Below, piece after piece: positions 1 to 14,968 of a stretch of DNA of 64,000 nucleotides (the stretch's first letter is position 1; each line of letters starts with the position of its first letter). The notes below the pieces were generated by a model. It had not been told where the DNA came from. It worked only from the letters and a program-made list of their open reading frames with translations, and ran no database searches. This stretch comes from the human T2T-CHM13v2.0 reference genome, Homo sapiens, in the NCBI RefSeq assembly GCF_009914755.1, contig NC_060936.1. The stretch is one strand, 5' to 3'. The position numbers and the translations under genes were made by a program.

Positions 1-115
1 CTAGCTGACCACTAAGTTAATGAAACAGAGACTTCAGTGGCTACATATGACAAAGGACACAGACTTTAGAAAATTAGTTTGGAAAGCCATTAATCGAATA
101 AACAAGCAATAACTA

Positions 116-742
116 TGTAAACCAAAAATAAAATTCTAAGGCCCTCTGACCATCTAAAAGGACCCCTCCTCTCAGCCAAGGGCATTCCAAAGTTAACCTA
201 AAAAACTAATTCAGGCCATTATGGGAAGGGGGATTAGATGTGCCTCATTATACCCTCCTCCCTTTCAGAATTCAGGAAAAACCAACCAGCGTTAACATCA
301 ACCTAGACCTTAAGTCTGAGAAGAAACATTTGCAATCTATTCTTTCAGAAGCCTACTACCTGGAAGCTTCATCTGCATGATAAAACTTTGATCTTAACAA
401 CTCCTTATTGTCATATCATTATTTTCTGTTGATTTCAGGTCTTTAGATAATAACTTAACTCTTTCAACCAATTACCAATCAGAAAAATTTTAAATCTATG
501 TATAACTTGAATGCCTCTGCTTCAAGTTGTCCTGCCTTTCCAGATTGAACCAATATGCATCTTATAGGTATTCACTGATGTATTATGTCTCCCTAAAATG
601 TATAAAAGCAAGCTGTATCACAACCACCTTGAGCACATGTCATCAGGACCTTCCAAGGCTGTGTCATGGGCACATCCTTAACTCTGGCAAAATAAACTTT
701 CCAAATTGATTTGGACCTGTCTCAGATACTTTTGAGTTCACA
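116..742 (+). mobile_element. MER4-group ERV1 solo LTR (MER4B-like)
   Basis: Starts TGTAAACCAAAAATAAAATTCTAAG, has AATAAA at ~691 and ends ...TTCACA. 4-bp TSD acta/gcta. Confidence 0.85.
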
Positions 743-1060
743 GCTACAACAAGCAGCAGTAAGAAACCTTTTGAGGGAGGAGAATGTTATAATATTGCTA
801 CATTTTAGATTTTGAAATGTCTAGTTTCAACACAACATTACAAAGCAGGCAAAGAAACAATAAGGTATGGCCCATACATAAGAAGAAAAAAAATAATAGA
901 AATTGTCTCTGAGGAAGCTCAGCCATTGGACTTATTAGACTTTAATTCAAGTAATTTAAGTGTGCTCAAAGTGCTTAAGGAAAAAATATATACAGAACAA
1001 AAATAAACCACAAGAAAAATGCCTCATCAAAGAACATCAAAGAGTAAGAAATTTAATTAT

Positions 1061-1350
1061 TTTTTTCTTTCTCGGGGTCTTGATCTGTTGCCCAGGCTGA
1101 ACTGCAAGTGGTGTTATCATAGCTCATTGCAGCCTCAAACTCCTGGACTCAAGCAATCCTCCAGCCTCAGCCTCTTATGGAGCTGGGACTACAGGTGCAT
1201 GCTACTGCACGCAGCTAATTTTTCATTTTTTGTAGAGATGAGTTCTCTCTATGTTGTCAAGGCTGGCCTTGAACTCCTGAACTCAAGCAATTATCCTGCT
1301 TTGACCTCCCAGCATGTTGGGATTGCTATTATGAGCCCCTGTACCTAGCC
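1061..1350 (-). mobile_element. AluJ
   Basis: Reverse-strand Alu dimer, diverged. Flanked by aaagagtaaga on both sides. Confidence 0.9.
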
Positions 1351-1584
1351 AAAGAGTAAGAGATTATAGAAAGGTATCAAATAGAAATTCTGAAGTTTAA
1401 AAGTACAATAACTGAAATGAAGCATTCACTGAGGAGTTCAACAGCAGATTTGAGTGTGCAGAAGAAAGGATCCCTGAACTTGAAGATAGGCCCATTGATA
1501 TTATCCAGTGTGAGTAGAAGAAAGAAAAATGAATGATGAAAAAATAAACAGAGGTAAAGATACTTCTGAGTCACCATCAAACAT

Positions 1585-2103
1585 CTAGGATTAAGGCAGA
1601 GACAGGACCATGAGAAGAAGTAATACATGCGCTTTGTTGGGCAGTGCTTAGATAGGGCTGCATGAAAGATGTTCCTCCCAAGAAGAAATCTTCAAGACAA
1701 CATCATGAACCCACCGCCTAGAAAGGAAACAGGACAAGAGCACTCCCAGGGAAGAAGTGAAAATAGGAGAAGGGGCTTAGATGTCTAGGTGATGTTGCTA
1801 AGTAGCAATGTGGGAAGTCAGAGAGCTTCAAAAAGTAGCAGTGGGTTTGTTTGTTTGTTTTTAAAAATAGTTATAGGGTTTGTCTTACCTATGGTTAAAA
1901 AATATTGAGAGCAGTTTCAGAGGATGTGTAAAGTGAGTAGGTTGTAAATGGCTAAAAATTGTTTAGACTATATCCAAAGGAACTGGATGTGTGAGAATTT
2001 GTGTTTGGCACCAGTGGGCTTTGGGCTAATGGTCTTGGGCTGCTGTCAAGAAGTAAACAACATGGGAATTATTTTAGGCCAGAATTGAAGGACCATCTCC
2101 AAC
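1585..2103 (-). mobile_element. Unclassified LTR-like insertion interrupting L1 ORF1
   Basis: About 520 bp of non-L1 sequence splits colinear L1 ORF1. Minus strand has an AACAAAGC polyA-signal-like motif near its 3' end. Family not recognised. Confidence 0.45.
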
Positions 2104-2297
2104 TCATTTACATAACATATAAAAACATGTGTCCCAGAGGAGAGAAGAGAAAGAGGCCGAAAGAATAATTGAAGAAATAATGGCCCAAAGGGATGAAAGA
2201 CATGAATATACACATCTAAGAAGCTCAAAAAACTCTTAAGATAAACTCAATGAGGTACACACCAAGACACATTATAATCAAATTGTCAAAAGACAAT

Positions 2298-2687
2298 TCT
2301 TATAGACTGAGTTGTAGTCCCTTCCAAAATTCATATATTAAGTCCTAACTCCTAATGTGACAGTATTCAAATATAGGGATTTTAAAGAGGTAACTAAGGT
2401 TAAATAAGGTCATAAAGGTGGGGTCCTAATCCAATACGACTGATGTCCTTATAAAAAGAGGAAGAGACACCAGAGATGTCTCTTTCAGTGCACATATACA
2501 GAGAAAAGGCCATGTGAAGGCATAGCAAGAAGGGGCCACCTGCAAGCCAAAGTGATAGGCCTTACCAGAAACCAACCCTGCTGGCACCTTGATCTTATAC
2601 TTCCAGCTTCTAGAACTGTGAGAAAACAAATTTCTGCTGTTTAAGCCTCCCAGTCTGTGGTTATTGTGGTCCTAGCAGGGTAAGACA
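2298..2687 (+). mobile_element. MLT1A-type MaLR solo LTR
   Basis: Motifs 'ggggtcctaatccaatacgactgatgtccttataaaaagagg' and 'ctggcaccttgatcttatacttccagcttctagaactgtgag'; ends taagaca. Confidence 0.85.
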
Positions 2688-2824
2688 AGCAAGAATTCTA
2701 TATTTTGCAAGACTATGCTTTAAAAATGAAGGCAAAATTAAGATATTCCCAGATAAACTTTGACAGTGCTAGTAGACCTGCTCAGATCCACATGAAGAAA
2801 TAAAAACACTGGTAAAAACCAACA

Positions 2825-3126
<302 letters not shown>

Positions 3127-4199
3127 GGTAACTAACAGGTAAATATAAAGTCAGTTTTAATGTATTTTTGATTTGTAACTTTCCTATATGATTTAAAAGG
3201 CAAATTCATAAAACAATAATTTTAAATATATGTTTATAATTTTTAAACCAATGTACAAAGATGTAACTTGTAACAGTAACAACATAAAGGCTAAGTTTTT
3301 CGCATACTGCTGAAACTAAGTTGGTATGAATTTGAACCAGGTTGTTATAAATTAAGATGTTAATTGTAATTGCTAGATAACCAGTTAGAAAATAACTAAA
3401 AAATATGTAGTAAAAGAAACAGGAGGGAATAAAATGGTACACAAGAAAATATCTATGAAACAGAAAAAGCTTTCTTCCCCCAAGATGGCAGATTAGAGAC
3501 TTTCAGCATGCCTCAGCCACTTGGAAATAGCAAGATAGTACATGAAGATCAACTTCGTGAGCTTTAATTTAAGAAGGAAAATAGGAATCCACTGGCATCA
3601 TGAAGGACAGTCTGAGTCCTGGAAAGGAGAATGCCAGCAAACAGCTTCCATGATGGTGTCCAGCTGATATAAGTGAGTGAAGCCCCAGTACGTCAGACAG
3701 TCAGAGGGCCTCGTTCTGTGACTCACCTTGCCACTGTGGATCTCAGCATCCCAGGCTGTAGGAGAGCACTTTGTTTCTCCCAAGCCCTGCAGCTAACTTG
3801 GGGAGAGGCTTGGAGACACCGTGAATGAAAAACACCAGGGAGAGCTGCAGACATTTTCCTAGACCCAGGGCTGAGAGCAGGATGCCATTTTTAAACTTGG
3901 CGTGTACAAAGTCAGCTGTTCCTTGGTGAGCCAGCAGCATGGCTGTGCAGGCATTTTAGTCCCAGGCCACAGATTGCAGCACTTGCTCTAGAGCTGAGTA
4001 GGAGCCTCCATAGCCAGAAATGAGGAAAGTGTCTCACCAGTAGGCTCTGGAATCATGTTCTCCCCTGTTGCAAGCCTAGGGTGGGAGGAGAGCTGCTGTA
4101 GCTGCAGTTTCTCCTGGGTGGCAAGATTTGCAGCCAGGGCCAGCTTGGTGACCTGGAAGTGGTCTGTGTGTGCCATTGCCGGGTCCTCCATCCTGCTCT

Positions 4200-5060
4200 C
4201 CTGAGATAGAGATGGAGCAGGGCCCTCTCTGCTCTACCCCTGGGCTGAAATCAGGCATTTGGAGCACCTGCTTGCCTGGATGAGCAGCCTGAATTTTCCC
4301 ATCCTTCCTGGACATAGATATTTCGCAGCAGGCTCTTTCTGCTCTATACCCAGGTAGATCTGCAGGCATTTGGAGCACCCATTCACCTGATTCAGCAGAC
4401 TAGCCCACCCTTTCTGTGCAGAGGTCATGGTGCAGTGGGGCTCTCTCTGCACCATGTCCAGGCAGATCTCCAGGCTTTCAGAGCATTCACTCACCTGTAT
4501 TACCAGCCTGACCCACTCCACCCTTCCTATGAAGAGATCATGGTGCAGTGGGGCTGTCTCTGCTCCACACGCTGGCAAATCTTCAGACATGTGGAGCACC
4601 TGCTTGCTTAGTCCAACAGCCTGAGCCACCCCATCCCTCCTGTGCAGAGATCTTGGAATTCGGGGCCCTCTTTGTCCTTTGCCCAGGCAGATCTCCAGGC
4701 ATTAGGAGTATCCACTTGGAGTGATTCAGCAGCCTGAGCCACTCCACCTTTCCCAGACATAGATCATGGTGCAGTGGGACTTTCTCTGTACCACACCCAG
4801 GCAGATCTCTAAGCATTTGCAGCATTGTCTAACGTGGATCAGTAGCCTGAGCCATCCTACCCTTCCTGTGCAGAGATCCTGGTGCAGGGTGGCCCTCTGT
4901 GCTACACAACTAGGCAGACCTTAAGGCATTCAGAGCACCTGCTTGCCTCATTCAGCAGTCTGAGTCATCCCACCCTTCCTGTGCAGAGATCCTTGTGTGT
5001 GGGGCCCTCTCTGCCACACACCCAGGCAGATCTCTAGGCATCTGGAGTACTCACTCTCTT
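4200..5060 (+). repeat. Tandem array of ~8 diverged ~110-bp units in the L1 5'UTR
   Basis: Recurrent 'ccttcctgtgcagagatc...ggcagatctccaggcatttggagcac...cagcagcctgagcca'. The ggcatt-like core recurs near 4254, 4365, 4473, 4586, 4698, 4813, 4925 and 5037. Confidence 0.9.
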
Positions 5061-6827
5061 GGATTAGAAGTTTAGGCCATCTCCAAACCCCTTGCAGTGA
5101 ATCTGGAGCCAAGTTTTCCCAACATCATGCCTAGGCACACCTCTGGGCACTTAGTGGGCTGCCCACTGGATTCTCCCTCAGTGCTGGTGCTGGTGCCTGC
5201 TATTGGGAGAAAAGAAGGTGCACCTGCCAAGCCTGCCCCTGTCCTTCATGGCCCTACACCTCCCCAGGGTTGAGCAGGGAGCTGAGACCACTGTGCGTTC
5301 CATAAGTCAGACCATTTCCTGAGGCAACAGAGAGCTTCTGCCAGTAAATAAGGATCAAGTATATACCCAGCCATGTTGGCTATAGCCAGCTCTTACCTAT
5401 AAGCGCCATCTAATGGGCTTGCAAGCTAAACTGCACAGCCCAATATAAAACATTCTGAAAGAAGTGCATAGGGCTATAGAACAAAGTCAAAATACCCTAC
5501 CCAGCATTCACTACAGTTACCCCTCCCCACTGGGAAGGGGGTAAAGGAAAAGGGAGAGAAAAAAATAACATTATAGGGAAAGTGAAAAAAAAGAAAAATC
5601 CTACCCACATGAAAATAATTACAAAAATTAGAAGTGCGAGTGTCTCCAGATGACAAGGAACCAGGGCAAGACTTTTGGCACCATGAAAAATATGAATGTA
5701 GTGACACCACCAAAGGATTCCACTAGCTCTCCAGCAATAATCCCTAATAAAAATGGAAACTCAGAAGTGATAGATGAATTCAAAGCATGGATTGCAAGGA
5801 AGCTCAATGAGATCCAAGGCAAGACCAAAAATCAACACAAAGAAATTTATAAAGAAATCCAGGAAGTGAAGGAAGAGATAAACATCTTAAAAAGAAATCA
5901 ATTACAGCTTTTGAATTTTAAAACTCACTTAAGGAATTTGAAAATACAATAGAAAGCTTTATTGATAAATTGGACCAAGCAGAAGAAAGAATTTCAGAAT
6001 CCGAAGATTGCTCTTTTGAATTAACCCAGTCAGACAAAAATAGAGAAAAAAGACTCTAAAAATGAACAAAGTCTTTGAGAAATATGGGATTATGTAAAGT
6101 GATGAAACCTATGAAATTATTAGCATTCTTGAGAAAGAAGGAGAAAAAGTAAACAACCTGGACAATATATTTGAGGGAATAATTTGAGAAAACTTCTCTA
6201 ATCTTGCTAGAGAGGGAGACATCCAGATACAAGAAACCCAGAGAACACCTGAAAATACCATACAAAATAAACATCACCAAGGCATACAGTCACCAGATTG
6301 TTCAAGGTCAACACTAAAGAAAAAACTTAAAGGCAGCTAGAGATAAAGGGCAGATCATGTACAAATGGAACCCTATCAGGCTAACAGCAGACTTCTCAGC
6401 AGAAACCCTACAAGCCAAGAGAGATTGGTGGCCTATATTCAGTATTCTTAAAGAAAAGAAATTCCAACCAATAATTTAATATCTTGACAATATAAGCTTC
6501 ATAAGTTAAAACTACATAAAATCTCTTCTAGATAAGCAAGCACTAAGGGAATTCATTATCACTAGACCAGCCTTACAAGAGATCCTGAAGGGAATTCCAC
6601 ACATGGAAGCAAAAGAATGATACCTACTACCACAAAAGCACATATAAGTACATAGCCCACAGATCCCATAAAGCAACCACACAATAAAAACTACAAAGCA
6701 ACAAGCTAACAACTTCATAATAGGATCAAAACCTCACATGTCAATACTAACCTTGAATGTAAATGGCCTAAGCATCCCACTTAAAAGGCAGAGGGTGGCA
6801 AGTTGAATTAAAAAACAAACAAGACCC

Positions 6828-7080
6828 AAGGTGGATTGCTTGAGCCCAGGAGTTCAAGACCAGCCTTGGCAACATGGCAAAACCCTGTCCCTATGAAAAA
6901 TACAAAAATTAACTAGGCATGGTGGCATGCACCTGTAGTGTCAGCTACTTGGGAGGCTGAGGTGGGAGGATCACCTTAGCCTGGGAGGCTGAGGTTGCAG
7001 TTAGCTGAGATTGCATCACTGCACTCCAGTTTGGGTGACAGAGCAGGACTCTGTGTCAAACAAAACAAAACAAAACAAAA
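6828..7080 (+). mobile_element. 5'-truncated AluJ with (CAAAA)n tail
   Basis: Alu body; TSD caagaccca on both sides. Confidence 0.9.
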
Positions 7081-7724
7081 CCAAGACCCATCTGTCTGCT
7101 GTCTTCAAGAGACTCATTTCACATGTAGTAACACCCATAGGCTCAAAGTAAAGGGTTGGAGAAAGATATAACATGCAAACAGAAAACAAAAAAGAGCAGG
7201 GGTTGTTATTCTTATATTGGATACAATAGACTTTAAGCCAACAACAGTAAACAAGGGCAAAGAAGGGCATTACATAATGATAAAGAGTTCAATTCAACAA
7301 GAAGATTTACCAGTTCTAAGTATCTATGCACCCAACATTGGAGCATCCATATTATAGAACAAGTACTCTGGACTTACAGAAAGACTAAGAGAGCCACATA
7401 ATGATAATGGGGGACTTCAAAACACCACTGACAGTGTTAGACAGATAATCAAGACAGAAATGTAACAAATAAATTCTGGACTTAAACTCGACACTTGACC
7501 AATTGGACCTAATAGACATCTACAGAATACTCTGCTCATCAAACACAGAATATATATTCTTCTCATCTACACATGGAACATACTCCAAGATTGACCACAT
7601 GTTCAGGCATAAAGCAAGTTTCAATAAATTCACAAGACTCAAAATCCTAACAATTATACTCTTGGACCACAGTGGAATAAAAATAGAAATGAATACCAAG
7701 GAGATCTCTCAAAACCACACAATT

Positions 7725-8071
<347 letters not shown>

Positions 8072-9660
8072 TTACTTTTTATAAAACAACAAAATCAAGG
8101 CAGAAATAAAAAAATTCTTTGAAATTAATAAAAACAGACACAACATACCAAAATCTCTGGGCTGCAGTAAAAGCGGTGTTAAGAGGAAAGTTTACAGCAT
8201 TAAACGCCTATCTCAAAAAGTTAGAAATATCTCAAATTAATGATCAACATCATAGCTAGAGAAACTAAAAAAGCAAGAAAAAACTAACCCCAAAGCTAGC
8301 AGAAGAAAATAAATAACTAAAATAGAGCAAAACTGAATGAAATTGAGAGCCAAACATTCACACAAAGAATTAAAAAAAAAACAATTGGTTTCTTGAAAGG
8401 ATAAACAAGATTAATAGAACATTAGCTAGATTAACAAAGAAAAAAGAGAGATGATCCAAATAAGCACAATCAGAAATGACAAAGCTGACATTACAACTGA
8501 TCCCACAGGAATATAAAAGATTTTCAGAACACTTCTACACATGCAAAATGGAAAATCTAGAGGAAATGTATAAATTCCTAGAATGATAAAATCTCCCAAG
8601 ATGGAATCAGGAAGAAATTGAAACACTGAAACTACCAATATCAAGTTCCCAGACTGAATCAGTAATAAAAAACCTACCAACCAAAATGAGCCCCAGACCA
8701 GATAGATTCATAGCCAAATTGTACCAAATAATTGTACCAAATGTACAAAGAAGAGCTGGTACCAATTCTACTGCAACTATTCTAAAAAATGGGGGAGGAC
8801 GGACTCCTCCCTAACTTATTCTATGAATCCAGCATCACCCTGATACTAAAACCTGGCAAAGACACAACGAAAAAGAAAACTACAGGCAAAGATCCCTGAT
8901 AAACATAGATGTAAAAATCTGCAACAAAATACTAGCAAACTGAATTTAACAACACAACAAAAAGTTAATTTACCATGACCAAGTAGGTTTCATTACTGGG
9001 ATGCAAGGTTGGTTCTAACATATGCAAATCAATAAATGTGATTCACCACAGAAACAAAATTAAAAACCATATGATCATCTCAGTAGACACGGAAATAGCT
9101 TTTGATAACATCCTATATCCCTTCATGATAATGACCCTCAAGAAACTAGGCATGAAGGAAAATACCTCATAATAATAAGAGCTATCAATGAAAAACCCAC
9201 AGCCAGCATCATACTGAACAGTCAAAAACTGGAAGCCCTTGAGAACTAGAGTAAGACAAAGATGCTCACTGTCACCACTCCTACTCAACATAATACTGGA
9301 AGTGCTAGTCAGACCAATCAGGCAAGAGAAGGAAATAAAAAGCATCCAAATGGAAAAGAAGAAGTCAAATTATCTCTCTTCACTGGTGATATGATTCTAT
9401 ATTTAGAAAACTCTGCAAAAGGCTACTATAACTGATAAACAATTTTAACAATATTTCAGCATACAAAAATCGATGTACAAAAATCAATATCACTTCTATA
9501 TACCAATGATGTTCAGTCTGAGTACCGAATCAATAATTCAATTTCATTTACAATAGCCACACAAAAAATAAAATACCTCAGAACACATTTAACCAAGGAG
9601 GTGAAAGATTTCTACAAGGAAAACTACAAAACACTACTAAAAGAAATCATAGATGACACA

Positions 9661-10052
<392 letters not shown>

Positions 10053-10114
10053 TTAATGTCATTATAATGGCCATACAACCCAAAGCAATCTACAGATTAA
10101 TGCTATTCCTCTTC

Positions 10115-10426
10115 CTTTTATTTTTATTTTTTAATTTTTTTTTTGAGATGGAGTCTTGCTCTGTCACCCAGGCTGGAGTGCAGTGACGTGATCTTGGCTC
10201 ACTGCAACCTCCACCCCTGTAAGTTCAAACGATTCTCCTGCCTCAGCCTCCCAAGTAGCTGGGATTACAGGTACGTGCCACCACACCTGGCTAATTTCTG
10301 TATTTTTAGTAGAGACGGGGTTTCACCATGTTGGCCAGGCTGGTCTCGAACTCCTGACCTCAGGTGATCCACCTATCTCAGCTTCCCAAAGTGCTAGGAT
10401 TCAGGTGTGAGCCACCGCACAAGGCC
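10115..10426 (-). mobile_element. AluS
   Basis: Reverse Alu dimer; TSD aatgctattcct. Confidence 0.93.
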
Positions 10427-11159
10427 TCAATGCTATTCCTATCAAACTACCAGTGCCATTTTTCACAGAACCAGAAAAAAGCTATTCTAAATTTTATATG
10501 GAACCAAAAAAGGACCTAAATAGCCAAATCAATCCTAAGCAAAAAGAAGAAAGTCAGAGGCATCACATTACTCTACTTTATACTATAAGATTATCATAAT
10601 CAAAACAGTATAGTACTGGTACAAAAATAGACACATAGGCCAGTGGAACAGAATAGTAGACCCAGAAATAAAGCCACACACTAGAAGCCATCTAATCCTT
10701 GACAAAGTTAACAAAAATAAGTAATGTGAATGTTCTCTCTATTAAATTAATGGTACTGGGATGGCTGGCTAGGTATACGTAGAAGAATGAAACTGGACCC
10801 CTACCTTTCACCATTCACAAAAAGTAACTCAAGATGGATTAAAGATTTAAATGTAAGACCTCAGCCTTTAAGAATCCTAGAAGAAAACCTAGGAAACACC
10901 ATTCTGGAAATAGAACTTGGGAAAGAATTTATGACTAAGTCCTCAAAAACAATTGCAAAAAATCCCCAAAATTGACAAGTGGACCTAATTAAACTAAAGA
11001 GAGAGCTTCTTCACAGCAAAAGAAACTACCAAAAATTAAACAGACCACCTATAGAATGAGAGAACATATTCACAAACTATGTATCTGACAAAGGTCTATA
11101 TTCAGAATCTATAAGGACTTTATACAGTTGAATAAGCAAAAAACAAATAACCCCATTAA

Positions 11160-12384
<1,225 letters not shown>

Positions 12385-14136
12385 AAAAATGCTGCACATC
12401 ACTAATCATCAGAGAAATGCAAATCAAAACCCACACCACTCAGAATGGCTATTACTAAAAAAGCCAAAAACAACAGATGGTAGCAAGACTGTGGAGAAAA
12501 GGGAATGCTTATATACTGTTGGTGGGGATGTAAATTAATTCGGTCAGTGTGGAAAATAGTTTGGAAATATCTCAATGAATTTAAAACAGAACTACCATTT
12601 GACCCACTAATCCCATTACTGAATATATAACCAAAAGAAAATGAATCTTTTTACCAAAATGACACACGCACTCACATGCTCATTGCAGCACTATTCACAA
12701 GAGCAAAGACATGAAATCAACCTAGGTGCCCATCAATGGTGGATTGGATAAAGAAAATGTGATAAATATACACCGTGGAATACTACACAGCCATAAAGAA
12801 GAATGAAATCTTATCCTTTGCAGCAGCATGGATGCAGCTGGAGGGCATTATGCTAAGCAAATTAATGGAAGAACAGAAAACTAAATACCACATGTTCTCA
12901 CATATGAGTGGAAGCTAAACATTAGGTACTCATGGACATGAAGATGGCAACAATAGACACTGGGAATTACTAAATTGCTAAGATTGTAGATTTTAAATGT
13001 TCTCAACACACTATAAAATAATAAGTGTGAGACATGATGAATATGTTAATTAGCCTGATTTAATCATTCCACAATGTATACATGTATCATAACATCACAT
13101 TGTACTCTATAAATATATATAATTATTGTCAGTTAAAAATAAAATAAAATTTTAAAAAGAAAGAAGAAACACAAATGTGGCAGTAATGGAGGAATAGAGG
13201 AATAAAAAGATGTGAGACACATAGAAAATAAATATCAAAATGAAATGGCAGAGAAATTCCTCACTTATCATTAATTACATTAAATGTTAAGGAATTGAAA
13301 TCTCCAGTTAAAAATTAGAGATTAGTAGGATGAATTTTAAAAATGTTCCAACTACATGCTATCTGTGACTCTTTGGGTGGAAAAACACAAATAGGTTGAA
13401 AGTGAAAGAGTAGAAAAAATACATTATGCAAATAATAACTAAAAGAGAACAGCTGTGGGTATACTAGTATCAGACCAAATAGACTAAGGGCATTATATAT
13501 TAATAAATGAGTGAACCCATCAAGAAGATGTAACAATTTAAAACATACACACCCAACAACAGAACCCCAAAATATATGAAGCAAAACAAAATAGAGTCAA
13601 AGGGAGAAATAGATAGGTCAATAATAATAGCTGGAAATTTTAACACCCCACTTTCAATAATGTTGAGAACATATAGACAGAAGATCAAGAAATAAAGAAT
13701 TAAGCTACAATGTGAAACAATTAGACCTCAGAGACTTACAGAGCACTGCATCTAACAAGACCATACACACTCTTATCAAGTGCACACAAGACATTCTACA
13801 CGATTGGCCACATGTTATATAAAAAAAAATTTTCAATAAATTAAAAGTGTGAAAAAGCATAGAGAGCTTCTTCTCTCACCAGAATGAAATAAAGCTAGAA
13901 ACCTAGATATTTGACAAATTTGTGGAAATTAAACAACACACTTAACCAATAGTCAAAGAAGAAATCACAAGGGAAATCAGAAAATATCGTGAAACAAATT
14001 AAAATGAAAATACAACATACTTACATTTATAGGATGCAGTGCAAGCAGTGCTAAGGAAAATTATTGCGTAAATACGTACAGTTTAAAAGTAGGAAAGAAA
14101 TCAATAACCTAACATACTACTTTAAGGAACTACAAT

Positions 14137-14649
14137 TGCCGAGACCAGCTCAGTCGGGGAGACCCTAACCCAGCGGCGCTAGAGGAATTAAAGACACACA
14201 CACAAAAATATAGAGGCGTGAAGTGGGAAATCAGGGGTCTTACAGCCTTCAGAGCTGAGAGCCCCGAACAGAGATTTACCCACATATTTATTAACAGCAA
14301 ACCAGTCATTAGCATTGCTTCTGTAGATATTAAATTAACTAAAAGTATCTCTTTTGGGAAACGAAGGGATGGGCCAAATTAAAGGAATAGGTTGGGTTAG
14401 TTAACTGCAGCAGGAACATGCCCTTAAGGCATAAATCGCTCATGCTATTGTTTGTGGCTTAAGAATGCCTTTAAGCAGTTTTCCGCCCTGGGCGGGCCAG
14501 GTGTTCCTTGCCCTCATTCCCGTAATCCCACAGCCTTCCAGCTCAGGCATTAGGGCCATTATTAACATGTTACAGTGCTGCAGAGATTTTGTTTACGGCC
14601 AGTCTTGGGGCAAGTTTATGGCCAGATTTTGGGGGGCTTGCTCCCAACA
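14137..14649 (-). mobile_element. MER9 solo LTR (HERV-K HML-3)
   Basis: Minus strand begins TGTTGGGAGCAAGCCCCCCAAAATCTGGCCATAAAC. 6-bp TSD tacaat/tacagt, typical of betaretrovirus-like ERVs. Confidence 0.92.
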
Positions 14650-14797
14650 TACAGTAAAAGAACAAGCTAAACCCAAAGCAAGCAAGCAAGCAGAGGAAGG
14701 AAATTATAGAGATTAGAGTGGGGATAAACAAAATAATGAACAGAAAAACAATAGAATCAACAAAATCTAAAGTTGAATCTTTAAAAGACAACAAATT

Positions 14798-14968
14798 GGC
14801 CAGGCGTGGCAGCTCATACCTGTAATCTCAGCACTTTGGGAGGCTGAGGCAGGTGGATCACTTGAGGTCAGGAGTTCGAGACCAGCCTGGCCAAAATGGT
14901 GAAACCCCATCTCTACCAAAAAATACAAAAATTAGCTGGGCCTGGTGGCAGGTGCCCATAATCTCAGC
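14798..14968 (+). mobile_element. AluS, 3' half deleted
   Basis: Left monomer and linker, then an abrupt switch to downstream L1 ORF2. Confidence 0.9.

Noticed and set aside
1019-1348. Alu-derived ORFs (also 2840, 7766, 9753, 10143, 20434, 28580, 30523, 58280, 60867)
   Set aside because: Typical Alu translations ([16 protein letters not shown]); not genes.
3988-4825. Cluster of overlapping ORFs of 65-131 aa
   Set aside because: By-products of the GC-richer tandem L1 5'UTR; no recognisable domain.
4200-5060. CRISPR-like array
   Set aside because: Units are diverged head-to-tail tandem copies without unique spacers, inside an L1 5'UTR, with no cas genes.
8718-8746. Small tandem duplications in L1 (attgtaccaaat x2; also aagtcaata.atatgat x2 near 53519 and a ~16-bp insert near 54150)
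   Set aside because: Ordinary slippage-scale indels in neutrally decaying sequence.
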